Part shown: in pieces, positions 61,850 through 64,000 of the stretch
How the letters are laid out: every line of letters starts with the position of its first letter
Position numbering within the stretch: the stretch's first letter is position 1
From: Eukaryota sp. GEM-RC1
Taxonomy: Eukaryota
DNA length: 64,000 bases
Assembly: GCA_040285855.1 (NCBI GenBank)
Contig: JAUFOQ010000003.1
Location: forward strand, 1,674,001 to 1,738,000
Direction of reading: 5' to 3'
The notes under the pieces: model-generated
Databases searched by the model: none
The model's input: the letters and a program-made list of their open reading frames with translations, nothing else
What the model was told of the DNA's origin: nothing
Made by a program: the position numbers and the translations under genes

Positions 61850-62872
61850 ATGATCATGTTACTTCTATTATTGTGTTTTTCTTTTCAATTACATGGGTTT
61901 AACTTGATTCCCATAAACTCTAAATCAGATCTGCCTTTTCCTATTCCTACTGGTAATTATTTTTGTTGTTCGACATCGTTTTCCACCTGGAACCACCCAA
62001 GAACCTTCCCTTTAACCCATCAATCCAAAGGAATCGAATTTTCTTCTTCTTTGTCACTATCTCATCACAAATTCATTGCCCAGTCCTTCAGTAATCGATT
62101 TGATCTACCTCTGAGCCATCCTTTTGTTCACCACTTCTCTAATCCCATTACTAACAGTACACATTCTTATGTAGAAGCTGATATTTTCCCCTTGTCATTC
62201 CTTGCAAATGTTCTTTCTCTTCTAAACGACTCATCTGCATCCTTAATACGATCTTCAAGTGTATCAGAATTTTTACAAGTTTCATTATGTGTCAATAGTA
62301 GTAGATATTTTGGATCTGTACTTTTAGCGCATTCAAATCCTAAAATTACACACAACCAAAGGACTAAATCGTTTCACCAGAATTCTCTACTTCAAGTGTA
62401 CAAGTTTACTCGACCACACAGTCTTCTAATCAGTATCTACAATCATCTCCCAAGTTCCATCACTGTTCAAGTTTTCGAGTCGGTACCTACAGAGTTGGCA
62501 ATTGTTTGTGCTAACATTAAGTGCAGCAACTGTGTGAATACTTCTTGTGATAGATCTGTGTTTGTAACAACAGTGAGTATTGTTAAAGAGTCTGTTCTTA
62601 TTATTGAGATTCCTGTTTATCATGTACCAAAAATTATGGAGGAAACTTCTCCTAATTATCGTAAGGGAATTTACATACCGGGAACTTTTGTTTATTCTTC
62701 CAAAGGAAATGAAATAGGAAGAAGTAATGTATCTGTGTATCGGACAACCATATTAGACGAATCAATGCTTTATAACGTACCTATAGTTACTCTGTGTCTA
62801 TTGGCATCAGTATTTGGTATAATTCTGAAAAGTTTGAAAGGAACAAAAAGCCGCTCATCCAACAAATCTTGA
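61850..62872 (+). CDS. Divergent GPI transamidase subunit PIG-T/Gpi16-like
   Basis: Signal peptide. EETSPNYRKGIYIP and DESMLYNV plus TM resemble the PIG-T motifs EYPPDxNxG and DFSMPYNV. Confidence 0.6.
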   Translation: MIMLLLLLCFSFQLHGFNLIPINSKSDLPFPIPTGNYFCCSTSFSTWNHPRTFPLTHQSKGIEFSSSLSLSHHKFIAQSFSNRFDLPLSHPFVHHFSNPITNSTHSYVEADIFPLSFLANVLSLLNDSSASLIRSSSVSEFLQVSLCVNSSRYFGSVLLAHSNPKITHNQRTKSFHQNSLLQVYKFTRPHSLLISIYNHLPSSITVQVFESVPTELAIVCANIKCSNCVNTSCDRSVFVTTVSIVKESVLIIEIPVYHVPKIMEETSPNYRKGIYIPGTFVYSSKGNEIGRSNVSVYRTTILDESMLYNVPIVTLCLLASVFGIILKSLKGTKSRSSNKS

Positions 62873-62888
62873 GTCAGTCGTTCTTGAG

Positions 62889-63605
62889 ATGTTTTTCCTA
62901 ACTCTTGTGGGCTTAACTGGCGGTATAGCTTCTGGAAAATCCACAGTATCTTCCTTCTTTGGTCAACGTGGTGCAGCTGTTATAGATTCTGATCAAATTG
63001 CCCGAGATATTGTTAAACCTAACAAACCTGCTTTCAAGAAAATCGTTGCTGACTTTGGAGACCAAGTTCTTTCCCCCCAAGGTGATCTTGATCGCGCTAA
63101 GCTTGGGACCCTCATCTTTCAAGACCCAGAGGCTCGGAAACGACTTAATTCCATAACACATCCTCGTATAATCTTTGAAATGGTTAAACAGACAATTTTC
63201 CATTGGTTAATGTTACGGCTAATTGTCATTTGGGATACCCCTCTTCTTATCGAGACTGGTCTTCATCGCTTCTGTGACAGTGTAGTAGTTGTTTTTGCTG
63301 AACCTGAAACTCAGCTGGAGAGGTTGATGAAAAGGGATGGTCTGGACAAAGACAAGGCTATGAATAGGATATTTGCTCAAATGTTACTCAGAGATAAGTG
63401 TAGGTTGGCAGACTATGTTATCAATAATAACAGTGATTTGTCTACGACATGTTCACAAGTATCTAATGTTTTTTGTCGTGTGTATCCGTCGCATCCTTTA
63501 CTTATTAGAATTTGTCGTATTTTGGTTGTTCTGTCGTTTGTGGTACCCCTTATTTTGGGATTGAAGTGTTTTGTGTTGTTCTTAATCAGAGCTATGTTTA
63601 AATAA
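62889..63605 (+). CDS. Dephospho-CoA kinase (DCAKD-like, C-terminal TM)
   Basis: VGLTGGIASGKSTV, IDSDQIAR, LDRAKLG, LNSITHP and DTPLLIE. Confidence 0.95.
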   Translation: MFFLTLVGLTGGIASGKSTVSSFFGQRGAAVIDSDQIARDIVKPNKPAFKKIVADFGDQVLSPQGDLDRAKLGTLIFQDPEARKRLNSITHPRIIFEMVKQTIFHWLMLRLIVIWDTPLLIETGLHRFCDSVVVVFAEPETQLERLMKRDGLDKDKAMNRIFAQMLLRDKCRLADYVINNNSDLSTTCSQVSNVFCRVYPSHPLLIRICRILVVLSFVVPLILGLKCFVLFLIRAMFK

Positions 63606-63739
63606 CTTCCATCATGATGATAAAACTAAAAATCTACTACACAATTGCTGTAGAAAAGTTCGTGTACAGTGTGAGTAAAGACCGACATGAATACATTTTA
63701 GTTGAATTGCGTTGATATTTTATCGTTTTGTAAAACAAT

Positions 63740-63862
63740 GTTTTTATGTGCGAAGAAAAACACACATCAAGAAAACAACAAATAGATGATGACCATTAAA
63801 TCAAATTATCAAACGAACTACCTAAGTCCGAAAAGGTGTTACCACCAGACAACTTGGACAAA
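63740..63862 (-). mobile_element. Family B RLE 3' tail
   Basis: Matches 36825-36945. Confidence 0.65.
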
Positions 63863-63864
63863 TA

Positions 63865-63939
63865 CAGTCTACCCTCCCAATATGACCACCCTCCCAATAA
63901 GACGGGTCCGACACCTGGTCATATTGAGAGGGTAGACTG
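63865..63939. mobile_element. 75-bp Tc1/mariner(pogo)-type MITE
   Basis: 24-bp TIR CAGTCTACCCTC(C/T)CAATATGACCA with 1 mismatch, flanked by TA on both sides. Confidence 0.88.
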
Positions 63940-64000
63940 TACGATATTTTATCATAAACATCTTAAAACCATACTTGGGTATCACACTTTTTTGCATTTT

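Noticed and set aside
1..64000. tRNA, rRNA or snRNA genes
   Set aside because: No convincing cloverleaf or conserved RNA motif was seen by eye. tRNAscan and Infernal were not run.

Overview
This is AT-rich eukaryotic DNA, most likely from an anaerobic flagellated protist (metamonad-like; an inference). Compact clusters of housekeeping and ciliary genes alternate with nests of decayed transposons. Host genes: GOS1-type SNARE, HOOK-like, CDC27, TRPML/PKD-like channel, divergent eIF4E, RPS18, hybrid-cluster protein (HCP), CatSper-beta-like, MINDY, Pus3-like, HYLS1, DHHC, ARL13, PIG-T-like, dephospho-CoA kinase, two RI-type LRR genes and a disrupted BspA-like gene. Mobile DNA: more than 15 5'-truncated non-LTR retrotransposon pieces with a restriction-like endonuclease (RLE), about 10 families of hAT-type non-autonomous elements (several with 8-bp target-site duplications, TSDs), two tiny pogo/Tc1-like MITEs and a Gypsy integrase remnant. 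Highlights: (1) a decayed Fanzor (eukaryotic TnpB-like RNA-guided nuclease) with an extra C-terminal CCHC knuckle and a structured omegaRNA candidate; (2) a PKD-domain-bearing CatSper-beta homologue in a protist; (3) five 28-32 nt introns with a fixed fused branch point/3' splice site; (4) an intron-bearing HCP; (5) a BspA gene split by a MITE and a LINE, creating a chimeric ORF. Many frameshifts fall in homopolymers and are probably assembly errors. All family calls come from motif recognition; no searches were run.
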